DNA of 43,410 nt from a virus (Duplodnaviria; Caudoviricetes): positions 1 to 43,410 of IMG/VR virus record IMGVR_UViG_3300017778_005264. One strand, given 5' to 3'. The translations under genes were made by a program, and so were the position numbers. The notes below the pieces were generated by a model. The model saw only the letters and a program-made list of their open reading frames with translations. It was not told where the DNA came from and did not search any database. Of the stretch, positions 1 through 10,400 are shown in pieces. Numbering within the stretch: the first letter of the stretch is position 1; each line of letters starts with the position of its first letter.

Positions 1-111
1 AATAGCAGATTGATTGCGGTGGAGCAATTAAATTCCGAGATAAACGAGTTAAAAAGTAAAGTTTCCGAATTAGAGTCGTATCTGTTCAACGGGCCCAATA
101 ATGAGGTATAA
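1..111 (+). CDS. 3' end of upstream gene, coiled-coil C-terminus (possibly tail fibre/chaperone tail), partial
   Basis: Frame 1 is open from the window edge: NSRLIAVEQLNSEINELKSKVSELESYLFNGPNNEV*. Heptad-like pattern. Confidence 0.45.
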   Translation, partial: NSRLIAVEQLNSEINELKSKVSELESYLFNGPNNEV

Positions 112-118
112 TAGTTAA
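101..118 (+). promoter_or_regulatory. -10 promoter element giving a probable leaderless mRNA
   Basis: TATAAT at 107-112, ATG at 119 (6-nt gap), no room for an SD. Confidence 0.55.
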
Positions 119-796
119 ATGGCTTACGAGAACTATACACAAATATCATGGACTGATGGTAGCCCGATTACCGGCGAGCGACTGCAGCAGATGTCAACAA
201 ACATTCAGCAAGTAAAAGAAGCGACCGACGATTCCCCGCAGGGGCTCAAGAGAATAAAGAGCATAGATACGGCCAGTGCCCAATTTAACAGCTTTACTAC
301 AACCAATGAGATCATTGCGTTGAAAGATGAAAGCTCCACTGGTGGTCCGGACAACCGGGTATCCATTGGTGCTGCTCGATACTACCGTGTTGTTTTAAAT
401 TTTACAGGGATTCAGGTTATCACCAAGGGTGCCGAGGATTCCTTCTATAGAGTTACCATTCATGAGGGGACTCACGGCTCAGCCAATACAACAATTTATA
501 CAGCCGACTTCACTCCACCAATTTACTCATTTATTGATGTTGCAACGCTTGGAGGAAGTGCAACAATTGCCAATATAGCCCTTCGTAGCAATTCCTTCCA
601 AAGTAGATTTGGCGCAGGAATGCACTCTACTATTGCCACATCAGATGGTTCTGGATTTACGAACAGATCATTTTTTGCAGCGATATCCAGGTTTCAAGGT
701 GCAAGCGCTACGAATGCCCCTTTGTACTTTGTCCCCGCAAACCCTAGCAATAATCTGCTTCAACTCTATGTTGAGGATGTGGGAGGCACTGCCTGA
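119..796 (+). CDS. Hypothetical protein, probably virion/tail-associated
   Basis: 225 aa, rich in S/T/G/A, N-terminal W-x-D-G-x-P-I-T-x-x-x-L pattern typical of phage tail proteins. Confidence 0.5.
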   Translation: MAYENYTQISWTDGSPITGERLQQMSTNIQQVKEATDDSPQGLKRIKSIDTASAQFNSFTTTNEIIALKDESSTGGPDNRVSIGAARYYRVVLNFTGIQVITKGAEDSFYRVTIHEGTHGSANTTIYTADFTPPIYSFIDVATLGGSATIANIALRSNSFQSRFGAGMHSTIATSDGSGFTNRSFFAAISRFQGASATNAPLYFVPANPSNNLLQLYVEDVGGTA

Positions 797-807
797 GAAA
801 GCCAACA

Positions 808-1218
808 TTGGCTTCACAAAGACAGGATGTAAAATGGAATGATGCTGCCCCAATGGGTGAGGGGAGCCCAAATTTTCGTGGTGGGAAATACGTTGATGAC
901 AAAGGGTATGTTCGTGTTTTAAAACCAGATCACCCTAAAAACATTAGAGGCTACACCTATGAGCACAGGTTGGTTATTGAGCAGTATCTTGGGAGATACT
1001 TGGAGCCATGGGAAACGGTTCATCATATAAACGAAATTAAAATAGATAATAGGGTTGATAACTTATTTCTCTGCTCACATAGGGAGCATAGCGCCATCCA
1101 TAAGGAAGGCTCAAGAATATCTGATGCTCACAAAAATAAATTAAGGGAAATGGCGTATAGTAATAAACCACATACGAAGAAAAGAAATTTTGCAAAAAAT
1201 ATTAATCAAAAAAAATGA
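808..1218 (+). CDS. HNH homing endonuclease
   Basis: YEHRLVIEQYLGRYL..ETVHHINEIKIDNRVDNL..H motif. TTG start. Confidence 0.85.
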   Translation: MASQRQDVKWNDAAPMGEGSPNFRGGKYVDDKGYVRVLKPDHPKNIRGYTYEHRLVIEQYLGRYLEPWETVHHINEIKIDNRVDNLFLCSHREHSAIHKEGSRISDAHKNKLREMAYSNKPHTKKRNFAKNINQKK

Positions 1219-1245
1219 TATCACGGCGTTTTCACGGTATCCCTA

Positions 1246-1254
1246 TGATATCCT
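1246..1254 (+). promoter_or_regulatory. Extended -10 promoter (TGnTAnnnT)
   Basis: TG-A-TATCCT upstream of SD GGAGG and ATG 1279. Confidence 0.4.
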
Positions 1255-1278
1255 TACGGCGGAGGTAAGAAAATCCTT

Positions 1279-2457
1279 ATGAAAATATGTCAAGCGGAAG
1301 GGTGCAATCAGCAATTTGAGCCCAAGACCGCCAACCAGAAATACGCAGATAAAGAATGCCGGCGATCAATTGATATCAGTGGCTTATGCCAATACAGACG
1401 GAAGAAAGGTTTATTTGAAGTGCAAGCAAATCCAGTAACGGGAGAAATCCCCACCAATGATGCAGAATTAAAAGTTGCTTACTCTAAGCTCTTGACTGAG
1501 TATAGAAAAGTAAAAGATAAGAGTGATGATTTTGTTGACGCAATTTTTAGGGCTGTCAAGGATGACATTGATTCCTCAAAGAAGGAAAAAATTCCAAAAC
1601 CAAAACTTGTCAAATCAAAAGGTGCACCAGAGGTTGCGGTTGCAATCCTCTCAGATTGGCAACTTGCTAAGGTGACACCGGATTATAACTCAAAAATTTG
1701 TGAAGAGCGTGTTTATCGGTTTGCTGAAAAAGTTATTAACCTTACAAATATTCAAAGAAAAGATCACCCAGTCAATGAACTTCGGATTTGGGCTCTTGGC
1801 GATATTATTGAAGGAGAACTGATTTTTCCAGGGCAATCATTTTTGATTGATGGCGGTTTGTATCGCCAGATTACAGTTGATGGACCAAGAATTATGAAGA
1901 ACTTCATTAACATAATGTTGGAAAACTTTGAGAAAGTTACATTTGTTGGAATCATTGGCAATCATGGTTCAATCGGTGGAAGGGCAAGGAAAGATCATGA
2001 CCCTGAGACCAATGGCGATAGAATGCTGTATAGAATTACTCAATTAATGTTTGAAAAAGAACCCAGAGTGCAGTTTGTTATCCCCGATGGCCGTGGTGAA
2101 AGATACTGGTATGCCGTTGATAAGATTGGTAAATACAAGGCTTTGCTTTGCCATGGCGATCAGTTCGGTAGCCTATCCTCTTTTTATGCTTTTCAAAAGA
2201 AAGCGTATGGCTGGAAGATTGGAGCAATTGAAGAGGATTTTGATGACATCTACATTGGACACTTCCATACCCCCACCAAGATGACATTCAATACTGTACA
2301 GTTAAGAATTTCCGGAAGCCCCGAATCGTTGAACACATACGCTGCTGAAACATTGGCTGCTGCTGGTAGACCCTCACAGTCACTAGTTTTTGTTCACCCA
2401 GATAAGGGCGTGGTCACGGCAGAATACAACTGTTGGCTTGACGATGAAAAAAAATAG
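1279..2457 (+). CDS. Calcineurin-like metallophosphoesterase/nuclease with N-terminal Zn-finger-like segment
   Basis: Motifs SDWQ, GDIIEG, GNHG, HGD, GHFH. N-terminal C-x4-C...C. Confidence 0.85.
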   Translation: MKICQAEGCNQQFEPKTANQKYADKECRRSIDISGLCQYRRKKGLFEVQANPVTGEIPTNDAELKVAYSKLLTEYRKVKDKSDDFVDAIFRAVKDDIDSSKKEKIPKPKLVKSKGAPEVAVAILSDWQLAKVTPDYNSKICEERVYRFAEKVINLTNIQRKDHPVNELRIWALGDIIEGELIFPGQSFLIDGGLYRQITVDGPRIMKNFINIMLENFEKVTFVGIIGNHGSIGGRARKDHDPETNGDRMLYRITQLMFEKEPRVQFVIPDGRGERYWYAVDKIGKYKALLCHGDQFGSLSSFYAFQKKAYGWKIGAIEEDFDDIYIGHFHTPTKMTFNTVQLRISGSPESLNTYAAETLAAAGRPSQSLVFVHPDKGVVTAEYNCWLDDEKK

Positions 2458-2689
2458 AATTGATATACCATTACTAGAGAGTTATTATATCAAGCATGAT
2501 ATACGCTGTAAAAGATGTGATAACAAAATGATGTTTGGTAGTCAATATTATGCCATGCGTAAAGTCTGGGTTGATTTTACTTGCCTTGGCTGTGCTAGAA
2601 GTGTTGATATTGATTTAAATGCATTTAATGCCATCATGAGAGAGTTTGGATTCAAACCAAAGGCGGCAAGATATGTTATTTCAGAATAG
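2444..2689 (+). CDS. Small Zn-ribbon protein
   Basis: CKRC...CLGC. ATG 2444 overlaps the previous gene end. Confidence 0.6.
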   Translation: MKKNRIDIPLLESYYIKHDIRCKRCDNKMMFGSQYYAMRKVWVDFTCLGCARSVDIDLNAFNAIMREFGFKPKAARYVISE

Positions 2690-3110
2690 AGTTGTCAGCA
2701 ACAAATTTTACAGATATGCTAATCATTTAGTCAAGATTAAAAAAATTAGCAAAACAGGTAACAGGATTACACTACTCAACCTTCATGATAATACGCTCAT
2801 TGAGATTCCGTTAAAATCTTCAGATTTATTGCTTAATCGCATTTATACGGTGGGTGAGGTTGCTAAGATAGTTGATAGACAGCCCAATACGCTAAGGAAA
2901 TATGAAAAAAAGAATCTTATCGCTTCCCCAAAGAAATTCGGGGATGTCTATAGAGGGTATCGGAATTGGAGGTACTATGATGAAGCCGATGTGTATGACA
3001 TTGTTGCATTTTTCAATGGTAGAGTGCAGGGTCGGCCAGTCAATAAATCTAAAGGTTTTGTAATAACAAAAATAAAAACAATAAACCAAAAAGTCAAACT
3101 ACACAAATAG
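2673..3110 (+). CDS. MerR-type HTH DNA-binding protein
   Basis: YTVGEVAKIVDRQPNTLRKYEKKNLI...NWRYYDEADV matches the MerR HTH pattern. Confidence 0.8.
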   Translation: MLFQNRVVSNKFYRYANHLVKIKKISKTGNRITLLNLHDNTLIEIPLKSSDLLLNRIYTVGEVAKIVDRQPNTLRKYEKKNLIASPKKFGDVYRGYRNWRYYDEADVYDIVAFFNGRVQGRPVNKSKGFVITKIKTINQKVKLHK

Positions 3111-3117
3111 GAGAGAT

Positions 3118-3324
3118 ATGAAAGACATTAATGGCACTGAGATCTGGGCTTCCCTTGGTATTACCAAGAATCTTGGCAACTACGAGTCTCTTCGCTTAGA
3201 TGCTGGAGCGCGAACGGTTGCTAAAACCCTTGACGATGCAGATGCATGGGCAAAACTCTGGGAATCAATTGATGCTCAGATTGAAGCCAAGTTGCAAGAG
3301 CTTGATAATGAAAAGCAGTCCTGA
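3118..3324 (+). CDS. Conserved phage hypothetical protein
   Basis: SD AGGAG. GITKNLGNYESLRLD motif, familiar from phage replication regions. Confidence 0.65.
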   Translation: MKDINGTEIWASLGITKNLGNYESLRLDAGARTVAKTLDDADAWAKLWESIDAQIEAKLQELDNEKQS

Positions 3325-3607
3325 TTGGAAAAGTTTAGCCGTTTGCCTAGCGGATAAAAATCAATCATATTGGCTTTCTTATAACATAGAGCACATAGAA
3401 TATGCAAAGAAAGGCTGCGCTGTGTGTCGTGTACAAATTGAATGCATTGAGAACGCCATTGCACAAGAAGTATACGTTGGGGTTAATGCTGGAATATCCG
3501 AGTGGGATTTCTTGGATAAAACATGGAAGAAGGTGACAAATGCAAAGCGAACTAACTGGTCAAATAGCGCTTCAACACTTCGTAGATTGTTGCAAAAAAA
3601 GAAATAA
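3308..3607 (+). CDS. whiB: WhiB-like Fe-S transcription factor (divergent)
   Basis: W..LAVC...AKKGCAVCRVQIEC...GVNAG: four-Cys pattern with a variant of G(V/I)WGG. Confidence 0.7.
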   Translation: MKSSPDWKSLAVCLADKNQSYWLSYNIEHIEYAKKGCAVCRVQIECIENAIAQEVYVGVNAGISEWDFLDKTWKKVTNAKRTNWSNSASTLRRLLQKKK

Positions 3608-3851
3608 ACTATTCGTTCCAGACTCCCCAAGGCAAGAACAGGTTTGTGATGCCTTGGCTTCATTTTATAAGTATGATGTATTGCTTGATGCGATAGATGA
3701 ATACATCAAGGTTAACCCCGGACCATTCATTATTTTTGATTTCGCTATACACTCCAAGAAATATACTGATCACATACTTACAGAAAAGCGTTCAAAAGAT
3801 AGTTTTATCAACATGGTTCAAGAAACCAAAAAGAGAATGGAGCAGGAGTGA
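3540..3851 (+). CDS. Hypothetical protein upstream of helicase
   Basis: 103-aa ORF whose stop overlaps the DnaB GTG start. Confidence 0.6.
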   Translation: MQSELTGQIALQHFVDCCKKRNKLFVPDSPRQEQVCDALASFYKYDVLLDAIDEYIKVNPGPFIIFDFAIHSKKYTDHILTEKRSKDSFINMVQETKKRMEQE

Positions 3852-5065
3852 ATTACGAAGTTAGGCTTATCAATTCAATTGTTGACAGCGGAAACTATAT
3901 TGATGCAATCACTGGTGGCGTTGATAATGTCTTTTTAGAATATAAAGACATCTGGAATTTTGTAGTAGCGCACCATGATGAGCACGGCAAGGTCCCCTCC
4001 AAAGACACTATCAAACATCACTTTCCCGACTTTGATTTCGTATCAACGCCAGAGCCAATGTCTTACTATCTTGATGAGGCAAAACGAGAATCCTTAGCTT
4101 ATCAAACAAGAGTCATCGTTTCTAAATCAAATAATATTCTTAATGAACTTGGTGCAAAAGATGCTTTATCATTTCTGATGGAGCAGACATCAAAGCTTTA
4201 TAAATTTTCTAGCAGTCTAAAAGATACAGACCTTGTTGGTGAATGGCAAGAGAGGGCGAAAGAGTTAAGGGAACGCTCCGAGAATCCAAGTGGTGACTAT
4301 ATGGGTATCCCCAGTGGTATTACAGTAATTGATAAGACCTTTGGTGGTTGGCAACCTGGAGACTTTATTGTTCTTTTGGGCTGGACCGGTGTTGGGAAAT
4401 CTTTTATTGCAAGACTCTTTGCTGTTAATGCATGGAGGGCCGGCTATAGACCACTTATAATTTCACTTGAAATGAATAAGAAACAGGAAGGTCAGCGTCT
4501 TGATACATTACTCAGTAACGGCGATGCAAAGTTTACCAATACGGATCTCGTAAGAGCCAACCCAGCAATTGTTGATGCTTACGAATCATGGGCTGAAAAA
4601 ACATTTCAGGGCATGCACCCAATTCACCTTGTAACATCTGAGGGGCTTGAAACAGCGGATCAGATGATGGTGCAGGCTAAGATTGATCAATACAATCCAG
4701 ATATGGTAATTCTTGATTATCATGGCTTGTTTGATGATTCTTCTGGTGCCAAGACAGAAACAGAAAAGGCGAAAAACTTATCTAAGGCATTTAAGCGCTT
4801 AGCTGTAAAAAATGCAGTACCGATCATTGACGTAGCAGCCGTTACAATGTCAGAGGGGCATTCGGAAAGACCACCGGAACTGGAAGAGGTTGCGTGGAGT
4901 AAACAGCTTGCTTATGACGCAGACCTGGTTCTTGCTATTCATCGTGAGCCAAATTCTGATTTGTTTCAAGTTGTGTCAAGAAAGGTTAGAAGAGCTACTC
5001 AGTTTGCCTTTTTCCTTAGATGGAATCTTGAAACAGGTAAGTGGACAGAAGAGTGGGACTTCTAA
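3848..5065 (+). CDS. dnaB: DnaB-like replicative helicase
   Basis: Walker A GWTGVGKS, ISLEM, ILDY, SKAFKRLA, YDADLVL. Confidence 0.92.
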   Translation: MNYEVRLINSIVDSGNYIDAITGGVDNVFLEYKDIWNFVVAHHDEHGKVPSKDTIKHHFPDFDFVSTPEPMSYYLDEAKRESLAYQTRVIVSKSNNILNELGAKDALSFLMEQTSKLYKFSSSLKDTDLVGEWQERAKELRERSENPSGDYMGIPSGITVIDKTFGGWQPGDFIVLLGWTGVGKSFIARLFAVNAWRAGYRPLIISLEMNKKQEGQRLDTLLSNGDAKFTNTDLVRANPAIVDAYESWAEKTFQGMHPIHLVTSEGLETADQMMVQAKIDQYNPDMVILDYHGLFDDSSGAKTETEKAKNLSKAFKRLAVKNAVPIIDVAAVTMSEGHSERPPELEEVAWSKQLAYDADLVLAIHREPNSDLFQVVSRKVRRATQFAFFLRWNLETGKWTEEWDF

Positions 5066-5244
5066 TGGAAAAGAGTGTTGCCGGTACAGCCGTTGATATA
5101 GAAGCAATAGCAAGGATTAGACCATGGTTGGAAGATCAGGCTCGGGCGGAGTATGGATACAAAGGAAGTACAAGGTTAGTAACTGATTATGACAAAAACA
5201 AGAATGTATTCAACTTTAAAATCATTTTCTCCGATGAATCTTAG
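5065..5244 (+). CDS. Small hypothetical protein
   Basis: 59 aa, TAATG coupling to the helicase stop. Confidence 0.5.
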   Translation: MEKSVAGTAVDIEAIARIRPWLEDQARAEYGYKGSTRLVTDYDKNKNVFNFKIIFSDES

Positions 5245-6130
5245 AACGGAGATTGATAATTTATTTGAGGAATATCATATTCAGGTTTACACCTTTAGTG
5301 GCGATGAATACTCAATCTTCTGCCCCTTTCATAAAAATGCAAATACGCCATCCTTCTACATCAATTCTAAAACTGGTTTGTGGCAATGCTTCAACCCATC
5401 CTGTGGCAAGAAGGGCAACTTTAAACATCTATACAGGCATATCACTGGTCGATCTTTTCATTCTCACCTTAAAGTGGATCCCATTGAACTGCAAAGTAAA
5501 ATTGATGCAGGGTTTTTGCAGAAGAGGGATGAGCATATTGATTTGTCACCCATTGGAATCGATTACTCATTGGAATCGGCAATTGAAAAGATACAACCAT
5601 TTGTCAATAGAGGCTTATCCATAAATACATTGAAGCATTTTGAGATTGGATTTTCTGAAATCAAGAATAGGATTGTCATACCAGTAAGAAACCATCAGTA
5701 CAAAGTCGTTGGACTTATCGGCCGGGCTATTTCTGACGATCAGGAACCAAGATATTTGTATAATAAAGGATTCAAGAGAGCGGATGTTCTATTCAACATT
5801 CAAAACGCAAAACATTTCTCAGAGGTTATAATCGTTGAGGGCAGTGTTGATGCCATGAAGATTCACGAAGCAGGATTTCGGAATGTCGTTGCTACTCTTG
5901 GGGCTCAAGTTTCAGCATACCAAGTAAAACTAATTAAGAGGTACTTTGATACAATTATTATTTTTTCCGACAAGGATTCCGCTGGAAATGCCATGAGGGG
6001 TGCTATAATTGATTCTTGTCGTGGGAAGAATATTTTCACGGCGGAAGTATCAGCGGGGTGCAAAGACCCTGGTGACATGAATGCAATAGAAATACAAAAC
6101 AGCATAAACATCAAAAACAACATCATATAG
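5234..6130 (+). CDS. dnaG: DNA primase (CHC2 Zn finger + TOPRIM)
   Basis: CPFH...WQCFNPSC, IVEGSVDAM, FSDKDSAG, KDPGD. Likely ATG at 5234. Confidence 0.92.
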   Translation: MNLRTEIDNLFEEYHIQVYTFSGDEYSIFCPFHKNANTPSFYINSKTGLWQCFNPSCGKKGNFKHLYRHITGRSFHSHLKVDPIELQSKIDAGFLQKRDEHIDLSPIGIDYSLESAIEKIQPFVNRGLSINTLKHFEIGFSEIKNRIVIPVRNHQYKVVGLIGRAISDDQEPRYLYNKGFKRADVLFNIQNAKHFSEVIIVEGSVDAMKIHEAGFRNVVATLGAQVSAYQVKLIKRYFDTIIIFSDKDSAGNAMRGAIIDSCRGKNIFTAEVSAGCKDPGDMNAIEIQNSINIKNNII

Positions 6131-6139
6131 GAGAAAAAA

Positions 6140-6784
6140 ATGTCATTTTCATCAGTTAAAACACTAAAAGACTTGGAGAAGCAAGTCGTACCAACAGGAA
6201 AGTCATCGGGAGCCAAGAAGTTCTTCTCGCTTCAATCTGGCGACTCGTTTAAGATTAGATTCCTTCAGGAACTAACAGAAGACAGCACAAACTATAACGA
6301 CAAGGTGGGGACAGCAATTTCCGTCCCAGTTATTGTTTCGCCAATCAACTGGAAGTGGAAGGTTGCATCAACAGCATCGCTTGAAAAATACAATTACCGA
6401 TGCTGGGGCAGTGAGCAGGCTGTGCAAGATAAAGGCTGGAGAGCAAAGCCGCACTTGCTGATCAATGTTGCCGTTGAAGTTGAGCCAAACAAATGGGAGC
6501 CCCGAGTGCTTGATACAACATTCAATCAACGCCACATTGGGCTGACTTTGCTTGAATATGCAAAAGAATTCGGCACGATTACGGATCGATTCTACAAATA
6601 CTCAAGAACAGGCTCCGGTGCTTCCGACACCAACTACAGTTTGATTCCACTTGCTGTTGCTGAGCAAAGCAATGAAATTAAGAACATGGTTCTGCACGAC
6701 CTCAACAGCATATATATGATGCTGCCTTATGAGAAGCAGGAAATCTATCTTACAACTGGTGAACTGGGTAAGGACACTTGGTAG
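6140..6784 (+). CDS. Single-stranded DNA-binding protein (gp32-like)
   Basis: FSLQSGDSFKIRFLQE...YKYSRTGSGASDTNYSLIP pattern; lies after primase; SD AGGAG. Confidence 0.65.
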   Translation: MSFSSVKTLKDLEKQVVPTGKSSGAKKFFSLQSGDSFKIRFLQELTEDSTNYNDKVGTAISVPVIVSPINWKWKVASTASLEKYNYRCWGSEQAVQDKGWRAKPHLLINVAVEVEPNKWEPRVLDTTFNQRHIGLTLLEYAKEFGTITDRFYKYSRTGSGASDTNYSLIPLAVAEQSNEIKNMVLHDLNSIYMMLPYEKQEIYLTTGELGKDTW

Positions 6785-6792
6785 TATTGGTG

Positions 6793-6865
6793 GGGTCGTT
6801 AGCTCAGTGGTAAGAGCGTGGCACTCATAATGCCTTGGTCGTAGGTTCAATTCCTACACGACCCA
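6793..6865 (+). tRNA. tRNA with CAT anticodon (elongator Met or Ile2)
   Basis: Acceptor GGGTCGT/ACGACCC, D arm TAGCTCAGTGGTAAGAGC, anticodon loop CTCATAA, T arm GTAGG-TTCAATT-CCTAC. No encoded CCA. Confidence 0.9.
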
Positions 6866-6869
6866 CAAA

Positions 6870-7409
6870 ATGAAACATGTAAATAAAGCCATTGTGCTTG
6901 ACCTTGATGGGGTGGTAGCCGATATTGCCACCTCGCTGGAGAATGAATTATATAATCGCAACTTAATTCAGAAGGGCAACTTTGAAGAATGGCTTACAAA
7001 GGATACAAAAAATAAAGAAATCCTTGAAATCTTTAATCAGCCTTTGTTTTGGAAAAACATGAAACCCTACAAGGATGCTTGGCATCAAGTAAATTACTGG
7101 TTTAGTCTTGGCTACGACATTCATATTGTAACAGCAAGAAGACAGCCCAATGCCGTTTCTGAAACAACGCCATGGTTGGAGGGTTGGGGTATCAATACCA
7201 TGAAGCCAATTTTTTGCAACATTGGTGAAAAGATTGATCATGTAAAAAAGATTGATCCGGTTTTTGTAATTGAGGACAACCCGCGTGAGATTCGCAAAAT
7301 ACAGGGCCTAGGGGTAAATTGTTATTTAAGAGCACAAAGCTATAACCAGAAATACTGGAATGAATTCAACACTATTGAAACACTATTCGAGATTGAATTG
7401 GAGAAATAA
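6870..7409 (+). CDS. HAD-family 5'(3')-deoxyribonucleotidase-like phosphatase
   Basis: LDLDGVVAD, IVTAR, IEDNP HAD motifs. Confidence 0.8.
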   Translation: MKHVNKAIVLDLDGVVADIATSLENELYNRNLIQKGNFEEWLTKDTKNKEILEIFNQPLFWKNMKPYKDAWHQVNYWFSLGYDIHIVTARRQPNAVSETTPWLEGWGINTMKPIFCNIGEKIDHVKKIDPVFVIEDNPREIRKIQGLGVNCYLRAQSYNQKYWNEFNTIETLFEIELEK

Positions 7410-10400
7410 TGACTGATTTTGTGCACCTACACTGTCATTCCGAATACTCGCTTCTTGATGGGATGTCAACACCAGAAGAGATTGCTAAGATTACAAGCAT
7501 TAATGGTCAGTATGCATCTGCAATTACCGATCATGGCTCAATGGCAGGAGTGCTTAGGTTTCAAAATGCATGTGAAAGTTCTAATGTAAAACCACTCTTT
7601 GGCGTTGAAGCCTATTTTGTTCCTGAACTTAAAAAAGATGGAGATGGCAAGCACGAGCGCCATCACTTGATTTTGCTTGCCAAAAACAATGAGGGGCTTG
7701 AAAAACTTTTCAAGATGTCCAAAATCGGCTGGACAAATAATTTTTATTATAAACCAAGAATTGATTTTGAAATGCTGGAAGAGATGGTTGACGGAGACAT
7801 CGTTGCGCTATCTGGCTGTATGGCAAGCAGTATTTGTCGGGCTCTGGAATCCGATAACTATTCTCTTGCAGAGCAATTCTCTGAGCGATTTATTAAAATA
7901 TTCAAGGATGATTTTTACTATGAAATGCAGGCTTGGAACACGCCAAAAATTAACGAGGGGATTGTTAGCCTTGCCAGTGCATTCAATCGTAAGGTTGTTG
8001 CGACAGCGGATTGCCATTTTCCAAGCGCACACGATAAAGGGTGCGAAGAGGTATTGCTCTGCGTATCGCAATATCCAAGTTTCTCACCAGCGCAACTTAG
8101 GCATGCTGAGCAGGAATCGATTAAATTTGATAAGGCTGACACTGACCTTGTAAAGAAAATAAACGCAATGTATCCAGATCGCTTTTTGCGATTTGACAAA
8201 ATTAATCCGTATTTGGCAAAGGCTCAAGAGATTGCTGGATGGTTTAAAGAAGTTGGCTATGACCGGGTTGATATTTTGGAGAATACAATAGAGGTTGCAG
8301 AGAAGTGCACTGCTAAAATTCAAAAACGCAAAAATCTGTTGCCAAAGTATATGAAGTCTCTCAATTCTGACGATTACTTGCAGGAGTTAATTGAGTTTAG
8401 ACTAAAGGAATTGAATTTGGGTCAAGAGTATAAGGATCGGCTTGCATCAGAACTTGCGATTATTAAACAATTAGGTTTTGCTGACTACTTTTTGATTGTT
8501 TGGGATCTGGTTAAATGGGCTGATAATAACGGTATTGGTAGGGGCACTGGTCGAGGATCAGTAGGCGGAAGTCTTATGGCTTTCTTACTAGACATCACAA
8601 AGGTTGATCCACTTAAGTACAACCTACTCTTTGCTCGTTTTATCAATGCTGAAAGAAATGACTACCCAGATATTGACTTAGATTTTGAAGACAAGCGCCG
8701 AACAGAAGTTCGGTCTTATTTGATTGAAAGATGGGGTCGTGATAATGTTGCTGCAATTACCACATACGGCACATTTAAGCCAAAGAGTGCGGTAAAGGAC
8801 GTAGCCAGGGTTCTGCAGGTGCCTTACAAGGAAACAAACAACATTACTCCTTATTTTGAAACAATTGAAGAACTTCAATCAACTCCTAAGGGCAAAATAT
8901 TTTGTTCACAGTATCCGGATGTTCCAAAAATTGCAAAAAGACTTGAGGGGCGTATTCGTAATGCTGGAGTCCATGCTGCCGGTATGGTCGTATCGTCTAT
9001 TCCACTAACGCAAGTTTGCCCCATTGAAACACGTAAAGACACTGATGGCGGTGGCAGAACTGTCGTTACAGCCTTTGATATGACCGATGCAGAGGCTGTT
9101 GGACTTATTAAAATAGATATTCTTGGTCTTCGTACCGTATCTGTCGTTAAAGATGCCCTAGCGATGATTAGGAAGCGCTATGGGCTTGATGTAGAGCAGA
9201 TGTCTCTTGGGCTTGATGACCCTCTTGTTTACAACAATTTCAATGAAGGAAACACAGTCGGTGTATTCCAAACAGACGCTGCGGCTTATCGCAACCTGAT
9301 TGAGCGCATGGGCATTGACAACTTTAAGGATCTTGTTGTGTCAAATGCCTTGGTTAGACCCGGCGCTCTGCTTTCGCAAGGTGAGAGGTATATTGAGAGA
9401 AAGAAAGGCTTTAAGCCAGCATATTATCCAGATGATTCCGTCAAGGAAATTTTGGAAGAAACATATGGAACGGTTATCTTCCAGGAACAATTGATGCAGA
9501 TGTCAGTAAAATTATCTGGTTTTACATGGGCAGAGGCCGACAAACTTCGCAAGATCATTGGTAAGAAGCGGGATGCTACCGAATTTGAGCAGTTTAAAGA
9601 TAAATTTATTAATGATTCTATTATTCCTAAACCAGAAGCCCGACAGATGTGGAAGGAGTTTGAGATGTCAGCATTGTACATGTTTAATAAATCCCATGCT
9701 GTTGCGTACTCAATGCTTTCTTATCAAACGATGTGGTTAAAGGTAAATTATCCGTCAGAATATCTGTGGGCTCTGTTATTCAATGAAGATGTTGGTGAAA
9801 AAATTACAGCCTATCTAATGGAAGCGCAAAGAATTGGAATACCAATTCTTCCACCAGATGTTAACCTTTCTGGGGAGTTCTTCTCTATTGATTATTCAGA
9901 AGATATTCCTGCAATTAGATTTGGTTTATCAAATGTGCTTTCTTGTGGTAAAGCGGCTATTGCTGAAATAACGACAAAAAGACCATTTACCTGCTATGAT
10001 GAATTTGATGCCAAATGCTCAAAGAGTGCTGTTAAGAAGCCACTTCGGGAAAATCTTGATAAGGTTGGGGCATTCAAATCTTTGGGCTTTGTATCTCAAT
10101 ATGACCATTCAAGATACTACTTGCCAATCTTGGGGTTCTCGCTTGGCGATGCAGAAAAGAATGAGATAGATGTTTTTGCTGATAACTTATCTGATTTTCA
10201 CGAGACAAACTCCCCGCTGATGCTCGTGAAAGCAATTGTTAGATCAACAAAAAAGACACCACAGTATTTAAGAATTGAATTTGAGGACTTCTCTGGATCT
10301 GCAACAGTTTTTGCTGAAAGGAATACAGAGCTTGCAACCAGAGATTACATCTATGCCCTCATTGGTGACAGAACTTTGCATTTCTTTTGTGATGCGTACA

